A stretch of DNA of 64,000 nucleotides from Nitrosopumilus sp. (GTDB lineage: Archaea; Thermoproteota; Nitrososphaeria; Nitrososphaerales; Nitrosopumilaceae), in contig OZ242041.1 in NCBI GenBank assembly GCA_965205215.1, positions 1,472,001 to 1,536,000 on the forward strand, read 5' to 3'. Made by a program: the position numbers and the translations under genes. A model generated the notes under the pieces. It was not told where the DNA came from and did not search any database. It saw only the letters and a program-made list of their open reading frames with translations. Each line of letters starts with the position of its first letter. Within the stretch, counting starts at the first letter, position 1. Shown here piece after piece: positions 40,464 through 49,994 of this stretch.

Positions 40464-41133
40464 TTGCGGGCAGGCCCCCCTGAACCTGCAGTATGGTGTC
40501 CCCTGCGAACCTGACCCTGGTCTTTATCGAGTTCCCGTGGGTCAGCATGATTGCCGCGGCGTCAAGAAAGCTTCTTCCGCCGTTTGCTACGCAGTCTAGA
40601 AAGATCCTCTCGATCCGGTTTTCAAAGGAGCCGATCCTCGGAAGAAGCACGACGCTCCCCCTTTTGCCTTCCCTGAACCCGTGTCTCTTCAGGAGCTGGG
40701 AGACGCCTTCCACGTCGTCGACGTAGACGTGGAAGTCTAGCGGGGTCTGAAACCCCGTCAGGTCGTAGGCCCCGTGGTCAAGCGTTACGATCGAGTCTTC
40801 CGGAAGGAGCCGCCTCACAAAGCTGGCGTCAGTCGGCTTGTAGTGCCTCCCAAACCTTCTGGCTTTCTTGAGTGACATGAGCGAAGAGGCGATGCTTTGC
40901 AAAACCGGGTATGGTTGGGACACGACCTCCCTCTTTATGGTGAATTTGCCGCGGACGTACTCTGCCAGCCCCAGCTCCGCCAGGCGGATCAGCCTCCTTC
41001 GGATGGTCCTGCCAGACGGGCCGACCCTGCCCAGGCTCCTCAGATCGTAGATCGGACTGGGGGGCAGCTCCTGCGCGAATACGATCGCGCTCTTCGCCTT
41101 TGCAATCTTCGACGTCCATTCGTTCGTGTTCAT
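40447..41133 (-). CDS. AbiEi-like antitoxin/regulator (N-terminal wHTH)
   Basis: RTIRRRLIRLAELGL wHTH; TLDHGAY..LDFHVYV..IFLDC; overlaps the NTase start. Confidence 0.6.
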   Translation of the reverse strand: MNTNEWTSKIAKAKSAIVFAQELPPSPIYDLRSLGRVGPSGRTIRRRLIRLAELGLAEYVRGKFTIKREVVSQPYPVLQSIASSLMSLKKARRFGRHYKPTDASFVRRLLPEDSIVTLDHGAYDLTGFQTPLDFHVYVDDVEGVSQLLKRHGFREGKRGSVVLLPRIGSFENRIERIFLDCVANGGRSFLDAAAIMLTHGNSIKTRVRFAGDTILQVQGGLPANDADR

Positions 41134-41279
41134 GTTGTATTAGTAGTATGTGCAATATATTTAAGTTCTGGACAAAAGTATCTCTTTACATATAAAATAA
41201 CACAAAAAAGCGGAACCCCAAGGGACAGTCCCGCAGCGCGCGCAGGATACGACTTCCCGGATTTTCCTCCAAGAGATCT

Positions 41280-41633
41280 GCCGCCATGTACGCCCCGGCG
41301 GCCGACGCAGAAGGCCTCGGCCCTGGCGGGGCAGACCGTGCGCATCGCGTTGCGGAACCGCCTCCCCGTGGGCATCCTTTTCGAGGCCCCGAGGTTCCTG
41401 GCCGCGGCCTCGGCAGTCGTGCTCCTGCTGCACATCTCGATCAGGATTGCCGTCCACTCCGGCAGCCCGTACCGCGTCCTGCGTTTTGTCGAAAAAGACA
41501 CGCCAGACACGGCCGGCAGGCCGGACAAGATGTTAACGATCCTCGAGCCCGCACCTTCGCGGCGCGCCTGCCCGCCCTTTTGCCTATGCACCATGGGGCG
41601 GGCAAGGACGTCGTCATATGGATCCGGTGGCAT
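41280..41633 (-). pseudogene. Probable truncated transposase N-terminus (ISH3/IS4-like)
   Basis: RYGLPEWTAILIEMC...AEAAAR...MPTGRRFRN resembles the pre-DDE region; no catalytic residues follow. Confidence 0.4.
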
Positions 41634-41790
41634 CTGAGCACGTCATAAGGGCAGTCTGGGCATTATGGCGCAGCTGGGCAATGCACGAATCCGATACCAC
41701 TGGAACCGGACGTGTCCTGCTTCAGTTCCGTCTACTGGCGTGGCCCCAAATGCATTATAAGAGGTTTTGAGTGATTTCAAGGCGTAAACC

Positions 41791-42813
41791 ATGACGCGGC
41801 GCTTTGGCGAACCATACGGCAACGGGCAGGCAGGCGGCCCGCGCGCCCTCGTATCATCCTGCCTCGAGGACGTCTTTGCGGGCATGGGGATATCCTCCGA
41901 GTCGGCCGCCGCCCTGTTCAACGTGCCGGACTCGGAGCTCGGGGCGCTTGCCGATGCCGCAAACGAGATAACGCGCGACCTTGGCGGCAGGTCCGTGGAC
42001 GTGGAGCAGCTGGCAAACATAAAGAAGAACGCCTGCAGCGAGGACTGCTCGTTCTGCGCCCAGTCGGCCCTGTTTGACACGGGAATAGACACGTACGCGC
42101 TTCCCCCTGCCGAAGAGATCGTAGAGTCCGCGAGGCGCGCAAGGGACGAGGGGGCCGACTCGTACTGCCTGGTGGCGGCGTGGCGGCAGCCCTCAAGAAA
42201 GGACTTTGAGGACGTGTGCCGCATCATACGGCGCATAAACCTGGAGGTCGGGATACCCGTCGAGTGCAGCCTGGGATTCCTTACCGCGCAGCAGGCCCGG
42301 GAGCTGAAGGGGCTGGGCGTGCGCAGGTACAACCACAACCTGGAGACCTCCCGCTCAAAATTCCCCGAGATATGCACCACCCACACGTACCAGGACAGGC
42401 TCGACACCCTGGAGATTGCAAGGGAGGCCGGGCTGGAACTCTGCACCGGCGGGATAATCGGGATGGGGGAGACCCGGGATCAGAGGCTGGAGCTGGTCAT
42501 GGAGCTTGCGCGCATACGCCCCGAGGAGGTCACGATAAACATGCTGGTGCCCATGCCCGGCACCCCGCTTGAGCTTCAGACGAAACTGCCAGAGTCCGAG
42601 ATTGTCAGGGTGTTTGCGGTGCTGCGGTTCGTCCTGCCGGAATCCATCATAAAGATATCCGGGGGCCGCGAGGAGACGCTTGACGACGACGGAAAGAGGC
42701 TGCTGCTCGGGGGCGCCAACGGCATCATCACGGGGGGGTACCTGACCAGACCCGGCAACGACGCGGGCAGGGACAAGACGATGATCGAGGAGATCGGCCT
42801 CCGGCAGCAATGA
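41791..42813 (+). CDS. bioB: Biotin synthase
   Basis: CSEDCSFCAQS, YNHNLETS, LCTGGIIGMGE, PMPGTP. Confidence 0.96.
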   Translation: MTRRFGEPYGNGQAGGPRALVSSCLEDVFAGMGISSESAAALFNVPDSELGALADAANEITRDLGGRSVDVEQLANIKKNACSEDCSFCAQSALFDTGIDTYALPPAEEIVESARRARDEGADSYCLVAAWRQPSRKDFEDVCRIIRRINLEVGIPVECSLGFLTAQQARELKGLGVRRYNHNLETSRSKFPEICTTHTYQDRLDTLEIAREAGLELCTGGIIGMGETRDQRLELVMELARIRPEEVTINMLVPMPGTPLELQTKLPESEIVRVFAVLRFVLPESIIKISGGREETLDDDGKRLLLGGANGIITGGYLTRPGNDAGRDKTMIEEIGLRQQ

Positions 42814-42849
42814 CCGGCCGGGGTTGACGAGGGGGACGGGCGGCGCAAA

Positions 42850-44235
42850 ATGGCATCGCACCTGTCCTCAACGCCGGCCGCGGACGGTCCGGAGCACGAA
42901 GGGGCGAAGGGGGCGGCGCGTCCGCCATCGTCACCACCGTCACCACCCCCACCACCGACAAGACGGGCCACCTCCTTTGCAGCAGAGATACTCCGGGCGG
43001 CAAGGGGGGACGGACTGTACCGCAGGCTGCGACACGGACAGACCAGCGGACAGTACATTACAATCGACGGGCACTCCCTGATCAACCTGTGCTCAAACGA
43101 CTACCTCGGGATGGGGGGACAGCAGGGAGGGGAGGCGGCATCAGGCGGCGCGCGCAGCGGCAGTGGCGGCGACGGCACCCCGGACGGCACCGGCCAAGAC
43201 GGCACCGGCCAAGACGGCACCGGACCGGGGGAGCCGGCGCAAATCCCTGCAAGCTCGCGACTGCTTTCTGGCGGCGACGCATCCCACATGATACTCGAGG
43301 AGGCGCTTGCCGAGTCAAAATCGTACGAGGCCGCGCTCGTCTACCCGACGGGGTACATGGCCAACATAGGGGCCATACAGGTACTCGGAGTGTCGGGGGA
43401 TGCAGAGAAGGGCGCCGCCGCAGGCAGCGTCATATTCAGCGACGAGCTCAACCACGCGAGCATAATAGACGGGTGCAGGCTTGCAGGCGGCTCGCGAACC
43501 GTCACGTATGCGCACAACGACGTGGCCGACCTGGAGCGCAAGATCTCCGCGCACTCCGGCGACGGACGCGGGCGCGTCGTCATAATCACGGAGGGGGTCT
43601 TCAGCATGGACGGGGATGTCGCGCCGCTGGGGCCGCTGCGGGACGTGGCAGACAGGCATGGCGCCGTCATGATGGTGGATGACGCCCACGGCGACTTTGT
43701 GCTGGGGGAGACGGGCGGCGGAACCCCTGAGCACTTGGGGATCTCCCCGCGCGACGGGCGGGGGCCCCACATCTATACGAGCAGCCTCAGCAAGGGGCTC
43801 GGCTCGTTCGGAGGATACGTGGCATCGGACAGCGACGTTGTAGACCTGTGCGTCAACCGTTCGAGGGCGTTCATATACACGTCGGCCCTCCCGTCATACT
43901 TTGCAGAGCATGCATACCGCAGGATGCTCGCGCCAGACGTGATGCGCAGTCGCAGGGCCAGGCTGGCGCGCAACGTAAAGAGACTGGCCGGGGCGCTTGA
44001 AGAGGCGGGACACCCCACCGAGTCCCGCACGCACATCATGCCGGTGATGATCGGAGACGAGCGGCGCGCCGCGGACGTTTCAGAGCGCCTGTACGGGGCC
44101 GGCGTGTACGCCCCCGCGATCAGGTACCCGACGGTACCACGCGGCGAGGCCCGGATCAGGATGTCGGCCACTGCCTGGCTTGAGGACGAGGACATAGATG
44201 CCGTGGGAGAGGCTCTGGAATCAGCTTTGGCATGA
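42850..44235 (+). CDS. bioF: 8-amino-7-oxononanoate synthase
   Basis: CSNDYLG, SDELNHASIIDG, FSMDGD, DDAHG, SLSKG, IRYPTVP. Confidence 0.93.
   Translation: MASHLSSTPAADGPEHEGAKGAARPPSSPPSPPPPPTRRATSFAAEILRAARGDGLYRRLRHGQTSGQYITIDGHSLINLCSNDYLGMGGQQGGEAASGGARSGSGGDGTPDGTGQDGTGQDGTGPGEPAQIPASSRLLSGGDASHMILEEALAESKSYEAALVYPTGYMANIGAIQVLGVSGDAEKGAAAGSVIFSDELNHASIIDGCRLAGGSRTVTYAHNDVADLERKISAHSGDGRGRVVIITEGVFSMDGDVAPLGPLRDVADRHGAVMMVDDAHGDFVLGETGGGTPEHLGISPRDGRGPHIYTSSLSKGLGSFGGYVASDSDVVDLCVNRSRAFIYTSALPSYFAEHAYRRMLAPDVMRSRRARLARNVKRLAGALEEAGHPTESRTHIMPVMIGDERRAADVSERLYGAGVYAPAIRYPTVPRGEARIRMSATAWLEDEDIDAVGEALESALA
43183..43226. repeat. 15-bp tandem repeat (GACGGCACCGGCCAA) encoding DGTGQ in bioF
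   Basis: Two full copies plus partial copies read directly. Confidence 0.9.
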
Positions 44236-44272
44236 CGCCGCGCGGCGCCGCATGTCGGGGGAGATGGCCGAA

Positions 44273-44377
44273 TCAGCGCATCATGTCAAACCCGCCAAGC
44301 GCAGGCGAACCCACTATCACGGCAATGGTGATTATCACGCCCAGTGCTATGCCGACTATGACAAACCTCTTGTTCAT
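44273..44377 (-). CDS. Small membrane protein (34 aa)
   Basis: MNKRFVIVGIALGVIITIAVIVGSPALGGFDMMR; TATA-like TTTTTAT about 25 nt upstream. Confidence 0.65.
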   Translation of the reverse strand: MNKRFVIVGIALGVIITIAVIVGSPALGGFDMMR

Positions 44378-44570
44378 GGGGCCCCGTGCGTGATCTCAGA
44401 TAAAAAGCAAATGGTCGAGGGACTGCCCCCCTCCAGCTGTCGGTGACTGTAGAAGCCCGCCGCCCCGGGCGCGTACGGCCGGCAGGGCGGACAAGGCCGC
44501 CGCCGACGGCTGACAAGAGGCGGCAGAATCTGGAACAACTCTTTAATGCATTTTTGCCGCTTTCATACAC

Positions 44571-45335
44571 ATGACGGAGCTCAACCTTGCCATAGCGGCC
44601 CTTGCGGGGATGGGATCCTTTGCGGCCCCATGCATACTCCCAATGATTCCGGCGTTTCTGGCGTACATATCGGGCACCACCATTTCGGATCTCACGCAGA
44701 GCGGTGGTGGTGGTGGTGGTGGATCCCAGTCCGGCGCCTCCAGGACTGTGTCGATAAATCGCGCCAGCATCGTGCTGAACTCCGTCTTCTTCGTTCTGGG
44801 CTTTTCCGTGGTGTTCTCCGTGCTCGGCGTGCTCATCAACAGCGTCCTGTCGCAGTATACGGGGGAGCTGGTCGAGGGGCTCAACCAGGTCGGCGGGGCC
44901 ATAATAATCTCGTTTGGCGTGTTCCTCCTGCTCTCGACTTGGATAAGGCGGATCAACGTGGAGCGCAAGTTCGTCCCAAGGGGGGCAAAGGCCGGATACC
45001 CGATGTCGTTCGTGTTCGGGCTCGCCTTTGCAGTTGGGTGGACGCCGTGCGTTGGCCCCATACTCGGCACCATACTTACGCTTGCCGCAACCACGCCGTC
45101 CGCGGCGTTCAACCTGCTACTGGTCTACTCGCTGGGGCTTGGAATCCCGTTCATACTGATCGGCGTGTTCTATTCCAGGGCCACCCGCATGATACGCGCA
45201 ATGTCAAGGCACCTAAAGTACTACAACCCCATACTCGGGGGGTTCATCATACTGCTCGGTGTCCTCGTCCTTACAAACCAGCTTGCGCAGATTGCAAACT
45301 TTCCGCTGCTCAACGAGCTACTGTTCCTAGGGTGA
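44571..45335 (+). CDS. ccdA: Cytochrome c biogenesis CcdA/DsbD-beta family protein
   Basis: SFAAPCILPMIP, GWTPCVGPILG. Confidence 0.93.
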   Translation: MTELNLAIAALAGMGSFAAPCILPMIPAFLAYISGTTISDLTQSGGGGGGGSQSGASRTVSINRASIVLNSVFFVLGFSVVFSVLGVLINSVLSQYTGELVEGLNQVGGAIIISFGVFLLLSTWIRRINVERKFVPRGAKAGYPMSFVFGLAFAVGWTPCVGPILGTILTLAATTPSAAFNLLLVYSLGLGIPFILIGVFYSRATRMIRAMSRHLKYYNPILGGFIILLGVLVLTNQLAQIANFPLLNELLFLG

Positions 45336-45339
45336 TGCA

Positions 45340-46470
45340 ATGAGACAAGAGGTAAGGACAGCAATAGTACTCGGGGGCGTCATTGCAGTGGGGCTCGCCG
45401 TTGCAAGCATCGCGTTCACGGCGCTCGACTCGGAACCGGCTCCCACGGTGGCGGCAGGCGGGGACCCAGACGCGCAGCAGTCCGCACCGGCAGTCGACAA
45501 GTCCCGCTTCAAGATGGCGCCCGACTTGGTGGGCATAGCGCACTATCTGAACACCACGCCCGAGGAGCTGGAGGCCAGGATCGGCGACAGCGTCGTACTG
45601 TACGACATATGGACGTACAGCTGCATAAACTGCCTGCGGACCCTGCCGCACATCACGGCGTGGGACGAAAAGTATGCGGACCAGGGGCTGCTGATAATAG
45701 GCGTGCACTCGCCGGAGTTCGAGTTTGAAAAGGACATCGACAACGTCAGAAGGGCAGTTGAAAAGCACGGCATCGGATATCCCGTTGTGCTCGACAACGA
45801 CTGGGAGACGTGGGACGCGTTTGAGAACAGGTACTGGCCACGCAAGTACGTGGCCGACCACGAGGGGTACGTCAGGTATGACAGGATAGGCGAGGGCGGA
45901 TACCAGGAGACGGAGCGCGTCATACAGAAACTGCTCGCCGAGCGCGCCGCGGCCCTCGGAATGCAGGCCGCCGCGGCCGAGCCGCTCGTGGACATTGACG
46001 AGTTCCAGCACACGGCATTCAGGACGCCGGAGCTGTACTTTGGGTACTATTTCGCCCAGAACCGCAACAACCTTGGCAGCAGCGAGGGGTTCAATCCGGG
46101 CCAGACTATAGAGTACGAGCGCCCGGACGGCGTGGAGCACAACAAGTTCTACATGGTCGGAACGTGGACCAACGGGCGCGACGGCATGAGTCTCCCGGAC
46201 GGGGAGGACGGGAGCGTGCTGCTGAAGTACAGCGCGAAGGAGGTCAACATTGTGACGGCCGGGGCCGGCGTGATACGGGTGCTGGTCGACGGCGCCCCGA
46301 TCAGTCCGGACATTGCGGGGCACGACGTCGATCCCGGCACGGGGCTGATCACGACTGACGAGCCGCGCCTGTACAACGTGGTAAGCACCGAGTCCAGCTC
46401 CACGCACGAGATCGAGCTGCAGATAGACAACGGGGGCGGCTTTGAGATATTCACGTTCACGTTCGGATGA
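45340..46470 (+). CDS. Redoxin (DipZ-like thioredoxin plus C-terminal domain)
   Basis: WTYSCINC, GVHSPEF, NRYWP, TPELY, FTFG. Confidence 0.92.
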   Translation: MRQEVRTAIVLGGVIAVGLAVASIAFTALDSEPAPTVAAGGDPDAQQSAPAVDKSRFKMAPDLVGIAHYLNTTPEELEARIGDSVVLYDIWTYSCINCLRTLPHITAWDEKYADQGLLIIGVHSPEFEFEKDIDNVRRAVEKHGIGYPVVLDNDWETWDAFENRYWPRKYVADHEGYVRYDRIGEGGYQETERVIQKLLAERAAALGMQAAAAEPLVDIDEFQHTAFRTPELYFGYYFAQNRNNLGSSEGFNPGQTIEYERPDGVEHNKFYMVGTWTNGRDGMSLPDGEDGSVLLKYSAKEVNIVTAGAGVIRVLVDGAPISPDIAGHDVDPGTGLITTDEPRLYNVVSTESSSTHEIELQIDNGGGFEIFTFTFG

Positions 46471-46631
46471 CGCCGTCCGGGCCGCGTCCCGCGCCGCATG
46501 CCGGCTTCGCCGTACCCTCTCCTCCCACTCCACCCCCTCCCCCCATACCATTAACCGCGCGTACGTGTAACCACGGTTACAGTGGGCGCGGTGACAGCCA
46601 CGCTTTTAACGTACTTTGTAAAGCAGATCAA

Positions 46632-47549
46632 ATGCTAAGGGACTCCTGGGACAACGCAGGCCGCAAGAGCATCTCAAAGAGGATGTTTGACAAGGTAAAG
46701 AACGAAGAGCCGCTTACAAAGAGGATTGCCGGCGCCCAGCGCGAATTCGACATACAGATTGCAAAGCTCGACGTGGCCCGCGGCAAGATGCAAAAGATAC
46801 ACGACACGATATTCCAAAAGGTGATGCATGCGCAGCGCAGGAACCAGATACGGTACGCGAGGGCGTATGCGCAGGAACTGGGCCAGGTACGCAAGATGCT
46901 CACGATGGTCAACAGCGCAAAACTCTCCCTTGAGCAGGTAAAGATAAGGCTCGACACGGTAACCGAATTCGGCGACGTGGTGGTCACGCTAAGCCCGTGC
47001 ATGTCATTGATACGTGGGCTGGCGCCGTCCCTGAGCGGCATAATGCCGCAGGCAAGCTCCTCCATGAACGACCTCTCAGAGATGCTCGGGGATGTGATTG
47101 ACGGATCGTCCATGGGCGCGATGTGTGCCGGCGTGGAGGTGGGAGCGGGCAGCGAGGAGGCCCGCGCCATACTGGAGGAGGCACACAACGTTATGGTCGG
47201 GAATGCACAGACCGCGTTTCCGGACGTTCCGGCGGAGTTTCAGAGCGGCAAGGCAGGAGTGGCAGCAGCAGCAGCTGCCTCTGCCAGTGACATGCTGCAG
47301 TCGGTTCCGAACATAGAGATGGATGCGGCGGAAGGTCCGAACGTCTTGCCGCCGCAGCCGCAGCCGCAGCCGCCGCGGCAACAACAGGTATCTCAGATAC
47401 GGCCCCCGCCTCAACAGCAGCCTACTCAGTTCAGCATTCAGCAGCAGCAACCCGCATCACCGCCGCCGCCACCGCCGCAGCAGCGGCAACCCGCACCTCG
47501 TGCCGCCGCCGAGCAGCAGAGCAAAAAGAAAGAGATTATCCCGATGTGA
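46632..47549 (+). CDS. CdvB/ESCRT-III (Snf7) paralog with Pro/Gln-rich tail
   Basis: YAQEL.QVRK..KLSLEQ..IRL.TV.EFGDVVVTLSP; EEARAILEEA. Confidence 0.88.
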   Translation: MLRDSWDNAGRKSISKRMFDKVKNEEPLTKRIAGAQREFDIQIAKLDVARGKMQKIHDTIFQKVMHAQRRNQIRYARAYAQELGQVRKMLTMVNSAKLSLEQVKIRLDTVTEFGDVVVTLSPCMSLIRGLAPSLSGIMPQASSSMNDLSEMLGDVIDGSSMGAMCAGVEVGAGSEEARAILEEAHNVMVGNAQTAFPDVPAEFQSGKAGVAAAAAASASDMLQSVPNIEMDAAEGPNVLPPQPQPQPPRQQQVSQIRPPPQQQPTQFSIQQQQPASPPPPPPQQRQPAPRAAAEQQSKKKEIIPM

Positions 47550-47609
47550 TCGCCCGGCGCATCCAAAGCCACGCGTGCAATAGGATGCAGTGGCAGATCG
47601 CAGACTGTC

Positions 47610-47948
47610 CTACTTTGCCGGCTCGCCCGCCTTCTCTACAAGCAGCTTCTTGATCCTGGATATGCTCGGATAGCTGTACCCCTTTCTCCGATACTCGGCA
47701 ATCATAGTCTTCCAGTTTGCAAGCCTCCAGCGGGCCTGCTCAGAGGACACGGAATGCACCTCCTCGCGTATCAGGCTCTTGCGGCCCACCTTTAGCTGCC
47801 CCGCGTCCTTGGCGGCCCACCTGCTGTGGGCAAACCGCAGCCCCGACAGCACGCTGTCTGCGGGCATCAGCGCCATCAGGCGCCGGATCTCGTCTACCTG
47901 GGACTCGGTCGCGTCCGGAGGCGGCCGTATGCTGTCGTCAGGCGCCAT
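47610..47948 (-). CDS. Hypothetical protein
   Basis: 112 aa; GRKS...EYRRKGYSYPSISRIK; TATA upstream. Confidence 0.75.
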   Translation of the reverse strand: MAPDDSIRPPPDATESQVDEIRRLMALMPADSVLSGLRFAHSRWAAKDAGQLKVGRKSLIREEVHSVSSEQARWRLANWKTMIAEYRRKGYSYPSISRIKKLLVEKAGEPAK

Positions 47949-47980
47949 GACAGCGCGCCGCGCCCGCCCCATATAATGTG

Positions 47981-48100
47981 CTAGCAGGAGAGAGGAATGT
48001 TGGAGTTCTTGCACAGGGTCATGTACATTCCAAACCCGAGTATTACGGAGGCGAACACCCCGAGCGGTATGAGCAAAAAGATCTTTGTCTTGAGGCCCAT
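47981..48100 (-). CDS. Small membrane protein (39 aa)
   Basis: MGLKTKIFLLIPLGVFASVILGFGMYMTLCKNSNIPLSC; TTTTATA about 25 nt upstream. Confidence 0.65.
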   Translation of the reverse strand: MGLKTKIFLLIPLGVFASVILGFGMYMTLCKNSNIPLSC

Positions 48101-48132
48101 GGCATGGCGGGGCCGCCCGAGTATAAAACCCA

Positions 48133-48546
48133 TCACGTCTCGATCGAGAACACTCCGCGCGCGCCGGGATCCCGGAGCAGGCGCACCATGTCGCGCGGAA
48201 CGTCATCAGAGGCCTTGTCAAACCCCACCGCAAGCGTGCGCGGGCACACAAACCTGCTCTTCCGGACTACAATGTCTGATGCGTGCGTCAGCGTGAGGCC
48301 CTTGTGCCCCACACCCCCAGCTTCAAACCTGAGGCCCCCCACCTCTATTGCGATTCGCACCGGCCTGCCGGGATCGCGGAGCCTGCTCTTGAGCTCGTCA
48401 GGCAGATCGGCGCACGCCGACTCGGCACCGACGCCCACTATGCAGTCGCCGCGCGGCGTCAGCGCCGTCTCCCTTGTAATCTCGATCGTCTTCTTGTGAG
48501 TCGAGAGTACGTTCGGGTGGCCGCGGAAGCCCACTTCAAACCGCAT
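48133..48546 (-). CDS. DUF371 family protein
   Basis: GHPNV..TH..TIEIT....LTPRGDCIVGV, DIVVRKS.F. Confidence 0.92.
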   Translation of the reverse strand: MRFEVGFRGHPNVLSTHKKTIEITRETALTPRGDCIVGVGAESACADLPDELKSRLRDPGRPVRIAIEVGGLRFEAGGVGHKGLTLTHASDIVVRKSRFVCPRTLAVGFDKASDDVPRDMVRLLRDPGARGVFSIET

Positions 48547-48826
48547 AAACGGACGCGGCCAGTGTGTGGAATTAAACCTTGATGGGGAGGGGGAGGGGAG
48601 GGGGAGTGGAGGGAACAAGGAAAGGAAGGACTCGCGGCATCCCGACTCCTGCAATCTTTTTTTAGGCCGCGAACCCGTCACGCACACATGGACTGTGCCG
48701 GCTGGGACGCTCGCGGCATGAGGCCCGCAGAAGGCCCCGACAGGCCAGCGGCGCGCAACTGCAGGATGCGGACGGGGGAGGACCGGCGTGGGTGATGCAG
48801 CGGCCGACGCGCCGGAGGACAGCAGA

Positions 48827-49006
48827 ATGGACCATGCGCGTCAAGGGGGGCAGTGGATCTGTTCCTTGTGCGGCCAGCGCCTCCCCGCGGACTTTGTGCA
48901 GGATGCCAGAAAGCGCCGCCACGAGGAGAGGCACACGAGATACGGGCACAACAACATAACTGCCAAGCCGTCCCAGATGAGCTGGCGGCTTGCTCGCGAG
49001 GAATAG
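48827..49006 (+). CDS. Putative small C2H2-type zinc-finger protein
   Basis: WICSLCG...RHEERH. Confidence 0.45.
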   Translation: MDHARQGGQWICSLCGQRLPADFVQDARKRRHEERHTRYGHNNITAKPSQMSWRLAREE

Positions 49007-49238
49007 CAGCAGCCGCCGGCAGGTAGTGCCGGCGGAGGGCGGGTGGGCGCCGAATACGCCGGACGGTATGAGCGGTGGAGGAGAAGCAGAGTGGGAGGGG
49101 GAGACAAGGTCCAGACCCTCAATCGCGTATGGACACCTGCCCCATGCAGTAACGACAGCCGCGCGACGCGCCGCCGCAGGCGGTTCCCGCCGTGCCAAAG
49201 CTATGGCTTAAATTGACGAGATCCCCCAGTCCGCGTGT

Positions 49239-49988
49239 ATGCTTCCGGCACAGCAGGGTTATGACAGGGCCATAACGATATTCTCCCCAGACGGCCGCCT
49301 GTACCAGGTCGAATACGCCATCGAGACCGTACGGCGCGGAACCGTTGCGCTTGGGATCAAATGCAAGGACGGAATCGTCATTGCAGTGGAGGAGAGGACA
49401 AAGAAACTCCAGATATCGCCGTCCGCCCAAAAGATATTCCAAGTTGACGACCATGTGGGGATCGCGGCGGCGGGATACATACCGGATGCGAGAAGCCAGG
49501 TGGACAACGCCCGCTTCTTCTCCCAGAGTAACCGCATCATATACGACGAGCCCGTGATGGTCGAGACCATTGCAAAGCACCTTGCAGACCAGTCCCAGCA
49601 GTACACGCAGTACGGGGGCGTGCGGCCGTTCGGGGTCGCGCTCATACTGGGCGGCGTCGTCAATTCGACCCCGCAGCTCTTCCTTACCGACCCGAGCGGC
49701 ACGTACATCGCGTACGACGCGGTCGCGATAGGCTCGGGCTCCGACAAGGTGACGGAGTTTCTGGAAAAGAACTACTCGTACGACCTGACCATGGAAGAGG
49801 CGTCAGTGTTGGCCGCAGGTGGCATCTACACCGCAAGCGAGGACAAGGAGGGCACTGATCACATACGCATGGCCCGCATAAGCACGTCGGCGGCCACCTT
49901 TGAGAACGTCGCGGCAGAGTCGGTCTTGGAGTACGCCGCGGCCGCAAAGTCAAAGTACCAGCCACCCGAGAGCGGTGGCGGCGAGTAA
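49239..49988 (+). CDS. psmA: Proteasome subunit alpha
   Basis: YDRAITIFSPDGRLYQVEYA, RPFGV, TDPSG. Confidence 0.97.
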   Translation: MLPAQQGYDRAITIFSPDGRLYQVEYAIETVRRGTVALGIKCKDGIVIAVEERTKKLQISPSAQKIFQVDDHVGIAAAGYIPDARSQVDNARFFSQSNRIIYDEPVMVETIAKHLADQSQQYTQYGGVRPFGVALILGGVVNSTPQLFLTDPSGTYIAYDAVAIGSGSDKVTEFLEKNYSYDLTMEEASVLAAGGIYTASEDKEGTDHIRMARISTSAATFENVAAESVLEYAAAAKSKYQPPESGGGE

Positions 49989-49994
49989 TCACGC

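Noticed and set aside
36139-44235. Biotin genes as a novelty
   Set aside because: bioABDF are known in AOA; only the insertions are notable.
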